Assembly: GCA_009103225.1 (NCBI GenBank)
Contig: RHPI01002368.1
Location: forward strand, 896,974 to 960,973
DNA: 64,000 nt
Source of the DNA: Chlorokybus atmophyticus
Lineage: Eukaryota; Plantae; Mesostigma and Chlorokybus algae
Reading direction: 5' to 3'
The position numbers and the translations under genes were made by a program. Positions within the stretch are counted from its first letter, which is position 1; each line of letters starts with the position of its first letter. Shown piece by piece: positions 51,705-64,000 of the stretch. Under the pieces are notes generated by a model. The model saw only the letters and a list, made by a program, of their open reading frames with translations, was not told the DNA's origin and did not search any database.

Positions 51705-52036
51705 TAAAATACGGCCCGCTAGACTCATTTACTTACTACTTACTCATTTTTATGCAGAGAATAGAGTATGTAAATGTGTCGTTTACCAATGGAAATGAGC
51801 AAAAGAGCTTAATTCTCAATATAACCATTGATCTAAAGTAAACCGTTAAAGCAACACATAACCATAATGCAAATTAATACAAAAAAACAAACACAAAAGA
51901 TACGTGATAATTGGGTTAAAATACGGCATGCTAGACCTATTCACTCATACGCAAAGGATTGAGTATTTGGATATGTCTTTCACTAGTAGAAGTGAGCACA
52001 TGAGCATCATTTTTAACATATAACCGTTGATCTACC
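51705..52036. repeat. Degenerate tandem repeat, ~212-bp period
   Basis: TAAAATACGGC..GCTAGAC..GAGTAT..ATATAACC.TTGATCTA occurs at 51705 and 51917. Confidence 0.6.
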
Positions 52037-52226
52037 AATGATTGCATGTGTAGTATCATATGACATGTTTAGGCTTCACCAAAACTACCAGACATACAAA
52101 TCTTTGCAAAACATTCACGCTCGTAACACTATATCACAATAAGATGCTCGAACCCATATAATTGATACACATGATACATTATGCAACCATACTTGCGATA
52201 GTTGTTCAATATGTTGCAACCAATTA

Positions 52227-53027
52227 GCATATTTACTCGTTCATTGTGCCCCCCTTCCAACATGATGCCCCCCCAAATTTATTGGGGGGGTACTCTATTC
52301 GGAAGGGGGCATTGTAATAGACGATGATTACGCTGACTAACCGTATCCGGCTGCATGTAACGTAATTAGACCTGCGTCATTTCGTGGGTTGAGACCTGGA
52401 CTTTCTGTTACTTCCGCTCGAAAAGGGAAGCTTCTCGAAGATGAAGTTTCACACTTTTAAGCTTATATATGTCGCGTGCCTTCCGGTGGTGCCTTAATTG
52501 ATCATCATAGCACAGAAGTTCATGGAAATGTGTCATATAAGCAGTCAACATGCATGTCATACTTTAACATAAGCATATTATATGATCACTATTAACACAT
52601 ACATCATCTTATATGTATATATAAGTATCTCACTTGTATAATAATGATTCAACGATGTCAAGCTTGAGCCTTCTAGTGGTTAGCCCACCAAGGCTTTCAT
52701 TAATGCACGGAAAGTTCCGTAACCAGTCCTTCCGCTAACGGAAGGGAAAGACTGGTTGTGAGCGCTTTTCACAACATTTCGAAAGCTTTCGTAAGGGAAA
52801 TTGACTTCCGCTCGGGGAAGGGCACAGGTTTAAAGATAATCCTACACGGAAACTGCGTAACATGACCATGACTCTATGTGTAACTTAATGCATCCAATGA
52901 GTAACCCTGCAGAGGGGCACTGAATACGAGAAGGGATATATATATTTATACGGCCTAACAGTGTGCCCCTCTTACAATCCATGGGGGTAATAGTAACAAG
53001 GGGGGCACTTAGAACGGGTAAATATGG
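52227..53027. mobile_element. pogo-family MITE (801 bp), related to the element at 345
   Basis: Left end TA|GCATATTTACTCGTTCATTGTGCCCCCC; right end reverse complement TA|CCATATTTACCCGTTCTAAGTGCCCCC. It has the same C-run/G-run subterminal layout as the left end of the large pogo. Internal TTCCGCT..GGGAA repeats; no ORF. Confidence 0.75.
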
Positions 53028-53265
53028 TATATGAGCTCATGCAAGGTTTCGCATATATATACGAGGCCGGCCCCTCTCCTCTTAAATACTCCTACAAACT
53101 ACTAGAATTGGCGCATATATGACACACCGTTACAATCCACAACATTGACTTATTTCCATTCAACCTATCTGCACACATACACAAGTTTACAACTACACAT
53201 GACACACACAGTCTAACAGCGCAACTGTCATCAACCTTCCACCCCATACATCAGCCTATCGATTA

Positions 53266-56136
53266 CTATCTTGCCATTTGACGCTTACGAAGAAACTCCT
53301 TTTCTCTTCGTTGCGCAAGTGATGTTCTTGTGTCAGGTCCAATCCTGTCCCGAACCTGCTCCAACCACATATCTCGTGCCTCATATGGAAACGCGAGCTC
53401 GTACAGGAAAGGCACATTGACATTGTCAGGACCGTGCGCGAACTGGCGGGTGTTATCAGGCAAAAGGTTCAGCAACGGCACCCTCCCTATGACCATGGAA
53501 TTGGCTGAGTACGAAGATATCTTTGCGCTCTGCAGAATACCGGCACACTGGGAAGACAACAGTGTCATGTTAGTGCATTTCGACATGTAAGCATGAGCAT
53601 AAGCGTAGTGTCCTTCATTGCGTGGCCGACATCAGGTACATGCGTGTGTAGTAGCGTGCAAGAACATGTGTGTCTGTGTATGTGTGCGCGTGCGTGTGGA
53701 CAACCCCTGCGTCTGCATATGTCTGTGTGAGCCTGTATGTCTGCACATGCAAGTGCAGAGGCATGAGTGTGCGTGCCTGTGCGTTGGTGTGTATGTGTTT
53801 GCATGTGCAAGCGTGCATATGTCAGTGTCTGCGTGTCTGCGTATTTATGTGTCTGTGCGCGACCCCATGTACACAAGAGTTGTTACCTTGGACATGAGCA
53901 CCATGTCTTCCACAGCATTGCCAACTCCATGGTTCAGTTTGCGGTCGAAAGCCTTGACCGTCCGCACAACACGCCCTCCACTCCTGGTCAACACACGCAT
54001 CACTACATGCATCAGCACATACCCACACACAACTCCAAACACCAGCACATAGTCACATCCATCCGCTCTCTCACAACACAGACACACACACGCACCTCAC
54101 TATCAACTTGGTGTATCTCAACTCCGCGTCGCGATCGTCCGAGGTGACGAAGAAACGCGTCCATGGGATTTCCTTCAACAAATCAACAATGAATTTCTCC
54201 GTTGAGTCCTCCACCTCCTGCCCATAGACGAAGTCAAGTGTCAATACAATGCCATTGGCAACGGGTGCGCATGTGTACCTGCATGTGTCAATGCTTGATG
54301 GATGGTTGTTTGTGCATGTGTGCGTGTGTGTGCATGTAGGCGCGTGCGGGAGTGAGTGTGACTGTGCGTGCCTGTGTGCTTGTGCGTACTGGTCTGAAAC
54401 TGTGTACACATGTGCGTGTGCTCGCGCACCTGCACACACATTCACGCACAGGTCCATGGTATAATTGCGTTTGTGTCTGTGCGCATCGCAACTGTATCAC
54501 TCACACACACTTCCCCCCTCCTCTCACCTGCAACTGATGAAACGACAGCTCCACGCTCCTCTCCGCCCACGTCTCATTCACATTCCTCACTTTGTCTCCC
54601 CTCCTCACGTGCAGCGCCACACTCCCCTTCAGCACCTCCTTCATCCCCTCCACCTTCTTCTCCACCTCGTCTCTGAGCTGCAGTCTGGACGCCAGCATGA
54701 GGTAGGTGGCCTTGGTTTGCGAGAGGGAGATGCGTTGCTTGTAGAGGTGTTGGGATTGGTAGAGGCGCTCGGGTAAGGCGCGGCCGGAGGCGGAGGAGGA
54801 AGAGAGAGGGAGGAGGGAGAGGGGGGAGAGAGGGTCTAAGACGCCGAGTCGGGACTGTGAGGAGGGAGAGAGAGTGAGTGAGTGAGGGGGGATACATGTG
54901 GGTATGTGGACGTGTGCGTGAGTGTGATGCGCACACGCGGGGATACGCGTATACGCGCACGTGCAGGCATGCACCCACACGTGCACGCACACATGCACAC
55001 ACACATGTACACGTCCGTGTACATGTATCTGTGCGCACTTGCATGTGTACACTCAGAGACACACACACACGCGAGTTAGCATACGCTAGTATGATGAGCA
55101 TCATCTCACGACTCCTTACATAGAACGCTTCCGTGTCGTTTGCTGAGACCACCGTCATCCCCCTTTCCCCCGACCCCGCGAACATGCTCTCCCAGGGCGG
55201 GAAGCGGAACCCGCGCGTCAACCAAGGGACCAGGGACGGGCGGCAAAGGGACCAGGAGACGGTCCAGGCGCCGAACTGCCGGGGGGCGAGAGAGGGTGAG
55301 TGGATGAGTGTGAATGTGTGGGTGAGTGTGAGGAGGGGNNNNNNNNNNNNNNNNNNNNNNNNNNNNNNNNNNNNNNNNNNNNNNNNNNNNNNNNNNNNNN
55401 NNNNNNNNNNNNNNNNNNNNNNNNNNNNNNNNNNNNNNNNNNNNNNNNNNNNNNNNNNNNNNNNNNNNNNNNNNNNNNNNNNNNNNNNNNNNNNNNNNNN
55501 NNNNNNNNNNNNNNNNNNNNNNNNNNNNNNNNNNNNNNNNNNNNNNNNNNNNNNNNNNNNNNNNNNNNNNNNNNNNNNNNNNNNNNNNNNNNNNNNNNNN
55601 NNNNNNNNNNNNNNNNNNNNNNNNNNNNNNNNNNNNNNNNNNNNNNNNNNNNNNNNNNNNNNNNNNNNNNNNNNNNNNNNNNNNNNNNNNNNNNNNNNNN
55701 NNNNNNNNNNNNNNNNNNNNNNNNNNNNNNNNTGAGAATGCTTGCTGTAGAGCAAGTTTCGTCTCCTGCAGGTGGTGCACCTGCCTGGCGGTGATGATGA
55801 TGTCATCAACATACACGAGCAGCCAGACCTTGTTGTCTGCATGGATGAAGAGCCCAGGGTCTGCAGAAGATGCGGTGAAGCCAAGTGCCTCCAGCTCCTT
55901 GGTGAGCTTGATATGCCACATACGCGGTGCCTGTCGCAGCCCGTACAGTGCCTTGATCAGCTTGCACGCTGTGCCTCTCTCCCCTTCTTCATATCCAGGT
56001 GGTTGCTCGATGAAGATGTCCTCCTCCAGCTCTCCGTAGAGGAAGGCAGTCTTCACATCCAGGTGATGCAGCTTAAGGTCCTCAGCAGCAACCACAGCTA
56101 GCAGTGCACGGAAGGTGGTATGCTTACTTGCAGGTG

Positions 56137-56191
<55 letters not shown>

Positions 56192-57262
56192 GGTGAGAGC
56201 CTGTGTTTGCACGTGTTACTGCGGGTGTGAGTGTGTATGTGCACTTGCGTATACGTCTGCATGAGTGTGCGTGCGTGCGTGCGTGCGTGTGCGAGTGTAT
56301 ATGCATGTGTGTGCGCGTGCGCGTGCGCGTGCACGTGCATCCATGCGTGCGTGTGTGTGCGCGCGTTTGCGTGTGCGTGCGTGCGTGCGCGCTTGTACAT
56401 GCGTGCATGTGTGCGTGCATGTGTATAACAATTGAATCACCACACCCACACTTACCACATCAGTGAGGCGGTCGCCAAGGCCAGCGAACCTCGACCACGC
56501 ATCATTCCCTTTGATCACAATAGCTGGCGAGTCCCACTTGAAGCACGCCGCGATTGGCTCCTCTCCAATCCCATTCTCAGAATTCTCCACAAAGAAAAGG
56601 TCCCTAGCATCGCTCCCAGCCGTGTTAGGGAACGCAAACGGGCCGGACCAGGGACTCCCCTTTGGCATGATGACAGCCTCTCCAGAATAGGTCTCCTTGA
56701 AAAAACTGCCCTGAGGACCTTCTGTCATGGCGATATCGCAGGTTTGGTATATGCAATTGGCTAACTGAGTATGGGAGTCGAGTGATGCGCATCTCTCGGT
56801 CAGGTCCTTGACCAGGCCCGCGCTGAGGATGTATCCTGTACCGAGTTTTAGGGAAGCGGGAATGGGACTTCCGGGGTTGGGATGGCATTCGGCACCAGAG
56901 TTGGTAATATCGACTGCGTGGCAGTGGTTGTCGCTGCAGCGGCTCCCATCGATATCGCAGCTGCGAGTGACTCTGCACACAACGAGCAACAAGATCAACA
57001 CATGCACATACACACATACGCGCGTGTGTGCGCGCGCGCATGCACAAGGTTGGACCTGTGTACCTTGCAAAGGGGCTTGCGGGCTCATGTGGCAGGCCAA
57101 TAAAGTGGCTTTTGCTTGAATCGAGCGAGGCGAGGTAGCGCACTATGTTGCGAATGATGAAGTACACATCATCATCACCCACAATAAACCACCTGTCATT
57201 GTCAGCAAGTTTAGTCACACACACAAGCAATGGCCTTAGTCACACGCAACCACACACCAACA

Positions 57263-57299
<37 letters not shown>

Positions 57300-58183
57300 T
57301 TACTTGAATTGGCCTCCTTGCATGCGCGTGGCATGTACAAGCGCTTCTCCAACACTTTGCTCACTTATCAGATGCGGTGCGCGCTTCAGCCAAGTGTCCA
57401 TCGCAGTATGCACGTTTGTACTTGTCGTGTTTTGTTTCAACATAACCACAACAATATCGTCTTCAGTGAGAAGATTAGCAGCAAAATCACTTCCTTTGTT
57501 GTCCAAAGGCCACTTTTCCTGCTGCTGAAGGGTCGATATCTTCGGTCCAGCCGTCGATATCGGCCTCCCGTGCCTGCAGAGCTCCACATAATCCTGCGAC
57601 ATCGGATCCATCCCCAAGCACAGCGTCGATATCCTTCTCGGGAACTCGGCTCTCGGCGATATCTCCACCGCACCCGATATCGCCGCGAGCTGTCGCCGAT
57701 GCTGCTGCTTGGAGGGATGGTCTCCGAGCGACGCCTTGAGAAGAGAGGCTTGCAGAGTCAGCGCGATAGAGAGGAGAATGCCGGATATCAATGTGATGCG
57801 AAGCAAACGGTGACGCTTGGCTTGGCTGGAGGGACTTGTGGAGGTCAACCAGGACTTGCGGGTGCGGTGAGTCACGCTGAGTGGCGTCTGCATGTGTGGC
57901 AATGTCACAACATTGTGCGCATGCGCGTGCTCGTGCATGTGCATCTGAGTACTTCTGTGCGTGCGCACAAACTCTGTATACACACATGCCTGTGTGCACG
58001 CGCAGGAGAGACGCGTGCGCATGTGCACTTGCGTGTGTTTTTATGTAGGCGCACACAGAAATGTGCTGGTGTGTGTGCGTGTGTAGGCACACACAAACAG
58101 CCCAACTACTATATCACATCACTTACTGGTGGGTTGCTGTTGGGTGCGCGCGGTGTTGTGGCAACATAGAGTGGTGGCAGCAT
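53266..58183 (-). CDS. Type II membrane, two-domain glycosyltransferase: GT31/Fringe (DUF604)-like plus GT-B fucosyltransferase-like, 9 exons, 770 aa
   Basis: Exons 58183-58127, 57887-57304, 57234-57064, 56972-56456, 55275-55120, 54854-54528, 54217-54096, 53983-53887 and 53547-53266 total 2313 nt, are all GT-AG and stay in frame. TM RITLISGILLSIALTLQASLL; WFIVGDDDVYF; GTGYILSAGLV; GLGDRLTDV|FGAWTVSW; HVRRGDK; FFVTSDD; DMVLMSK|CAGILQSAKISSYS. Confidence 0.85.
55339..55732. other. Assembly gap (N) in intron 4 of the glycosyltransferase
   Basis: Run of N. Confidence 1.
55733..56132 (-). mobile_element. Ty1/Copia reverse transcriptase fragment in an intron
   Basis: HLDVKTAFLYGELEEDIFIEQPPGY..ALYGLRQAPRMW..LLVYVDDIII. 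Bounded by a gap and a poly-G run. Confidence 0.9.
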
Positions 58184-58459
58184 GTTGATGGCGCCGCTGC
58201 TGTTGTGTCTCGCCGATGCGCTGCTCTTCGGTTGCGCTCCGCCCCAACTGTCACGCACACAATGCACACAGTGATAAATAATGTTGTCTCACCAAGTGTC
58301 CCACTAACTCGCATTTTACCTACATGGTTCAATAGTACTGCCCATCGTCATATGATGTACAATACGATGTAACAATACCATAATGACGTTAGTGCAGAGT
58401 CTGATCAACATCAGGCTTGCATGCATTGGCAGAACAGCCAAACAGCTGGAGCCGATGCA

Positions 58460-59153
<694 letters not shown>

Positions 59154-60777
59154 NCCTCCTCCTCCTCCCCCTCCTCTGCCGCCGCCGCCGCCGCCAGGTG
59201 GGAAGGGGCAGAGTCTCTCTCTCTCCCCTGAGCGGTTGAGTCCTAACTGCCGGGTGTAATGAATGCCTAGTAAACGCCTAATAACCAAACATAATGCGTC
59301 TGGCAAGGGTCACGTGACACATCTTGCTAGCGACGCGTGGCACGAATGGCGGTTGTGTGTCCCCTGCCGCACAAGGGAGGAGGTTTGATGATCTCTTAAA
59401 GAGAGTCTGCTTGTACTTCATCTCACAGATGTAGTACACTCTCTTAAGGAGCTCTTAGGAGAGTCTCTCTTTGCTAAGGGGGGGAGAGGCTCCTTGCTAT
59501 TATTTACAGTCAGCACATTATGTGTATATCAATTTGTAGTGTGGCGTACGATCAAAAACAATTCTCAGATGATTATTATTGATATTAATCATATCAATAT
59601 AACACACATCGTTCTCGAATTATAAGGGGCCGACCACAACGCCGCTGTAGTGTGCAATTAACTTGGCCCAAGTGATGCGATGCTGACAAGATATTTTAAT
59701 TATGGTAAATCAAAGCACGAGGTGTGAGTTAAGCACATGATACATGGCATTGCGTAGCTCAGGATTTCATATATTTTGAACTTAGCATTATGTACAGTGT
59801 TGCGCGTTGTGATATAGTATTTGTCACACTAATAACGCACTTTCCATTTTTTGACAATCCTGCCTGCAGTGATAAGATTCTAGTTGGATCATCGATATGA
59901 ATAACAAATGACAATTGGCGGTGAGGTTGATGTACACCCCCTCATCTACACCCCCTCATCCACATATCAGTACGTATTGAGGCACCTTTTAAGGCACTAG
60001 CTTGCTTGTATTGCTCATTGTAAATGTTAGATGCCCCATTGCATGAAGTTGCTGCTTCTTGGTATCACCATTGACTTGTGGTTCGTTAACCAATAAACGG
60101 TTGATGAGTATCACAGTGACAACATTATTGATGGTGTACTTTGCACGTGACCATAAAGCTGACACGGTGTCAATGACAATGGCTAATAGCAAAAATCATG
60201 TCATTACAACATGATGATTTGCTCATCCTATCGACTAATCAATCCGCAAATCATGCACAACATAAAACAATTTTGTGTGGAGTTGGGGCGTGTGTCAACA
60301 TAAAACTTGTACAACATTTGACAAAAAGCTAATCAGCAGGTTTGCAGATTTGAGGCCAAGTAAGGAGACAAGGCACAACACGCACAATCGATGCAAGACA
60401 TCAAAGTGGGCACGTATCCATAAGATGACACTACTGCAGGCCTTGCAACACAATGTCTTGAGCACACATACTTTCCCAACCGCATCAATTATCAGTTAGG
60501 TAACACAATCCTTGCATACTATATTATACAACTCATGCGCAACAACACCACATGCACGATCAGTGCATACCTAGCGTGTTGAACACCACGCATGAGTTGG
60601 AGTATCCAAAAGTAATTGTAGTAAGTCACAACTACACCACCGCTCAACATGGCAATCAAGAGATACACAAGCCATTTGCTGCACATGAGATCAATGGTCT
60701 GGTACCACTACACTGACATTTGTAACTCAAAACCCAACCCATTTTCGCCCTTAACTACACACAACCATGTGATGTCA

Positions 60778-63133
60778 TCACTGGATGGCCAGCATCGAGG
60801 CCGTGCGTGCGGCGGCCTGCTCTTGCGCCGCAGACACAACATCCACAGGAAGCAACTTCATGAACTGTTTCAACAGCTCGCCAGCCGCCTGTCGCAAGTA
60901 CTCGTATAAACAACTGGTACGTGTGTATGTAGTTGCAAGATGAAGTACACCCACATTAGAGAGTAACTACGAGATGACAGCAAGTGTGTGAAATGAAAGT
61001 ACAGTCACCTTGAGGGACTTGAGGCTGAAGTCTTTGAACTCCTTCCTGTACAAATGACAAACACACAATGCACCGAGTGAGAGGATGCTTGCATAAAGAC
61101 AAAATGGGCATGCATGACTCGTCCACTCATCAACCATAGCAAGCAAGCACACAGCTTCATGAACTTGAGCACTTGTCTCATTAGCAAGTACGTATGTATG
61201 TATGTATATATAATAGTAAGCGTACTCTTGAGTGAATGAAGCGGTGCCAAGGTTCTCAAAGTACTTGGAAAAATCCACCTGTATGACATGAGAAGCAGCT
61301 GGTTAGTACACAGCATTAGACAAGTGTAACTATGTCTATTCAACATGCCCCATTACAATTCCAACCTGGTCTAGATATTCCAAAATCGATTTGCTCAGCT
61401 CTGTAGCGCGCTCATAAGCCTCCTTTTCCTCCAAATAAGCCGCCGCACTTAATCATGATCAATGTTGATTGTCATAAGTGCTGTGGAGACACTGTGCAAT
61501 GTCAGTGATGTGCTTACCTATCGAGGTTGGAGCGGATATCAAGCGGCAGCGATGTCAACCTCTTCAACTCAGTCTTCAAAGTGCCCCACTGCCCTTCTGT
61601 TGGTTTTTACACAACCACAATCAATCAATGTCATGACATATTAACGCACATGTGATGTGTGGCTTTGCACGCGCGTGTGCGTGCAAGCCCACACATCACA
61701 TGCATGTGTGTGCGTGTGCACGGGTATGCCCACACCCACACATGCACATGTGTGTGCTTGTGGGTGTGACACCCGTGTGCACGCAAAGAGTGACAATGCA
61801 TACCTGTGGCGATCTGTTGGAGGGATGCGAGCCTCTCCTGCACTTCTACCAGCGGCACAACATAAAAGTAGAGTGGCTTTGACGGCTTGGGCCTCGTCCA
61901 AAAGGACGGAACCTGAGTTGAAACACACGCGTAAACATGTGTACGTGTGCGACCTATGCACACAACCTCACGTACAAGAGAGCATGCCAGAACGCACGTG
62001 TGCACACAACCACACATCTGTCCACACATGTGTACGCATGTCATGAGTTGATACGCACACACCACACACCACGCTATGCACAGGAAGATAGTGTTGTTGT
62101 TACCAGTGAGAAGGCGACAGTGGCAGCAGTGAGAGCGAGACCGATCACGAGTCTGCGCGTGACAACTCCACCCTCGTCGCCACTGCTCTCCGCATCGCCT
62201 GCGCACGTAACAGAAGCAAAGAGTGTGTGGGCAGAGGCAAGGCCAGCCAAGGGCGACAATGAGTGAAGAGAGAACAGCAGTCTCGTGTGCTTGTTGTGTG
62301 CGTGTAGATAACCATGCTTGCATGGTTAGGTTGTCAACATTGGCCAGGCTCACCTGGCTTGGCAGCATCCATTTCTGAGGGACCTCTAACCATCATCAGC
62401 TCTGCTTCGGATACCCAACCTCCCGCCCTCGCTGCAGCACACAGACACTGTTACTAACACACACACACACACACACACATGCACAGATACACATACACAT
62501 AAGAACAACACATGCGCACGCACACATCAGCAATGCTACTCGCGTACTTGTCTTCTCCTTTGGGACGGAGAAGAGTGTCTCTCGGTACTGATACGGGGTG
62601 TCGATGCGGGGGGAAGGGCGTTGTGATTGTTGTTGTTTGCCACCTTGTTGTTGTTGGAGGGCGGCGGCGAGCTTAGCACGCAACTCGGTGGCCTCAGCCT
62701 GAATTGCGTGTGTGTGTGTGTGTGCGCGTGCTCACACATGTGCACATGCATGTGCGCGACACAGACACACATGCACACCTACGCACACACTTGCATTGCA
62801 AAAGCATGCATGCGCATGCCTCGCCAGCATCGCACACACATTGTTGATCACCACCAGCACAATGCCACATACCCAAATGCTTACCTGCAGTGCGGCAAAG
62901 TCCTTCTCAGACGTAAACTGACCACTGCTGCTGTCATCCTTCGTATCCTTCTTGACACCATCAACGGTATTGTTGACATCCTTAGCGCTCTCGCCGCCGC
63001 CTGACTGCGCCCTAACCGCCCCTATCCTCGCCACGCCAGTTCTCCGCCGGCGGCGAGGAGCAGATACCGTTAAGCTGAGGGGTGTGCCTGACAAAACGGC
63101 GGAGGAGGAGGCCAACGACATCACCGCCGCCAT
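60778..63133 (-). CDS. Plastid-targeted protein of unknown function with one TM segment and a helical C-terminal domain, 9 exons
   Basis: Transit peptide MAAVMSLASSSAVLSG..RRRRRTGVARIGAVRAQ. Spliced core: TRRLVIGLALTAATVAFSL|VPSFWTRPKPSKPLYFYVVPL..|..SAAAYL..ILEYLDQ|VDFSKYFE..|KEFKDFSLKSLK|AAGELLKQFMKLLP..*. All splice phases are consistent. Confidence 0.8.
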
Positions 63134-63150
63134 TGTCGCTTAAGCAGCGT

Positions 63151-63275
63151 GCCACGTGGCTGCATGTGAAGTGGGATGCAAAGCTTGTGCGTCTTGTGCG
63201 CTTGTGCGCTTGTACCTCTTGTGCGCTTCTGCCTTCGTGCGTCTTGTGCCCTGGCGCACTTGGTGTCACGTGACA
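63151..63275. promoter_or_regulatory. Two G-box palindromes between divergent start codons
   Basis: GCCACGTGGC (63151-63160) and TGTCACGTGACA (63264-63275). Confidence 0.55.
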
Positions 63276-63351
63276 TACCTTGCCAGGCCAGGCCAGGCCA
63301 GGCCGTGCTAGGCCGAGCCAGGCCGTGTTGTACCAGGCTGAGAGGTAGACC

Positions 63352-63843
63352 ATGTTCCCGTTTGGGGTTCACAGCGGCGTTTCATCTCAGCCGGATCCCA
63401 GATCACGCCGCCACCTGTACCAGAACAGCGCCTTCCCAGGACCCGAACCAGGGCCATGGCCTGGGCCTGGTCCAGGATCAGGTCCCAACCCCTATCCGAA
63501 GGCCAGTCCCAGACCCGTCCCTGCCTCTACAACTGAGTCCGGGGCGAGTCCTAGACCTATTCCTTTCGACGATGAGGACCTCAACGGCTCCAACCCCACG
63601 GGTCCTGGTGCGGATCCAGGACTAAGAGGGTCCCGGCCTCGACCCAGAGTGGTGCGACCCCGGAATGGGTCCGGGACAGAAGGGTGCGCACAAGCATGTC
63701 AGCACAATTTTGTGTGGGTGTGACATGTGTTTGGGTGCAACACACAGCATGCAACTCGCAGGCAACAACAACAATACGACAAGCAACACCAGAAGCGTGA
63801 GTTGGGAGCTCTGTCTCCAGAGAAGCCTGCACTGGATGAGAAG
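63352..63843 (+). CDS. First two exons of a Pro/Gly-rich protein continuing beyond the window
   Basis: Exon 63352-63683 (MFPFGV..PGPEPGPWPGPGPG..) splices GT-AG in phase 2 to 63762-63843 (QQQQYDKQHQKRELGALSPEKPALDEK), followed by a GTACAC donor. Confidence 0.55.
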
Positions 63844-63898
63844 GTACACTTACAGCACCGACAGCCATGGATATATGTGCGTGTACACGCACGCACGT

Positions 63899-63930
<32 letters not shown>

Positions 63931-64000
63931 GCGCGCGCACGCACACGCACACGCACACGCACACGCACACGCACACGCACACGCACACGCACACGCACAC

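Noticed and set aside
59390-59460. Imperfect inverted repeat (CTCTTAAAGAGAG..CTCTCTTAAGGAG)
   Set aside because: It is short, low-complexity and interrupted, and has no TIR/TSD context, so it is not distinguishable from chance.

Overview
Eukaryotic nuclear DNA, most likely from a streptophyte green alga or similar green-lineage organism. The basis is a plant-type Ran N-terminus, telo-boxes, G-boxes and many short exons separated by (CA/GT)n-rich introns. The assembly is draft quality, with three N gaps, poly-G runs and a very long (CT)n. Bases 345-17498 form a single pogo-family DNA transposon (TA target site, TIRs at both ends) inflated by nested insertions: an unclassified 1.6-kb DNA element, a decayed Ty3/Gypsy chromovirus, and inside that a young, nearly intact chromovirus on the minus strand with 642-bp LTRs and a GGGAAAC -1 frameshift signal. 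The gene-rich remainder encodes Ran (+), a mitochondrial ATPase-inhibitor-like protein (-), ALIS/CDC50 (+), a secreted bicupin (-), a compact bacterial-type NAD kinase with 8 introns (+), a START-domain protein (-), a 770-aa Golgi-type glycosyltransferase (-), a plastid-targeted protein of unknown function (-) and the first exons of a Pro-rich gene (+). A deleted Gypsy element (47.5-50.7 kb), a pogo-family MITE (52.2-53.0 kb) and an intronic Copia RT fragment are also present. The most interesting signal is the glycosyltransferase: one spliced ORF joins a Fringe/GT31-like domain to a GT-B fucosyltransferase domain, and the junction lies inside one uninterrupted exon. All gene models were spliced and translated by hand; family assignments rest on recalled motifs, not database searches.
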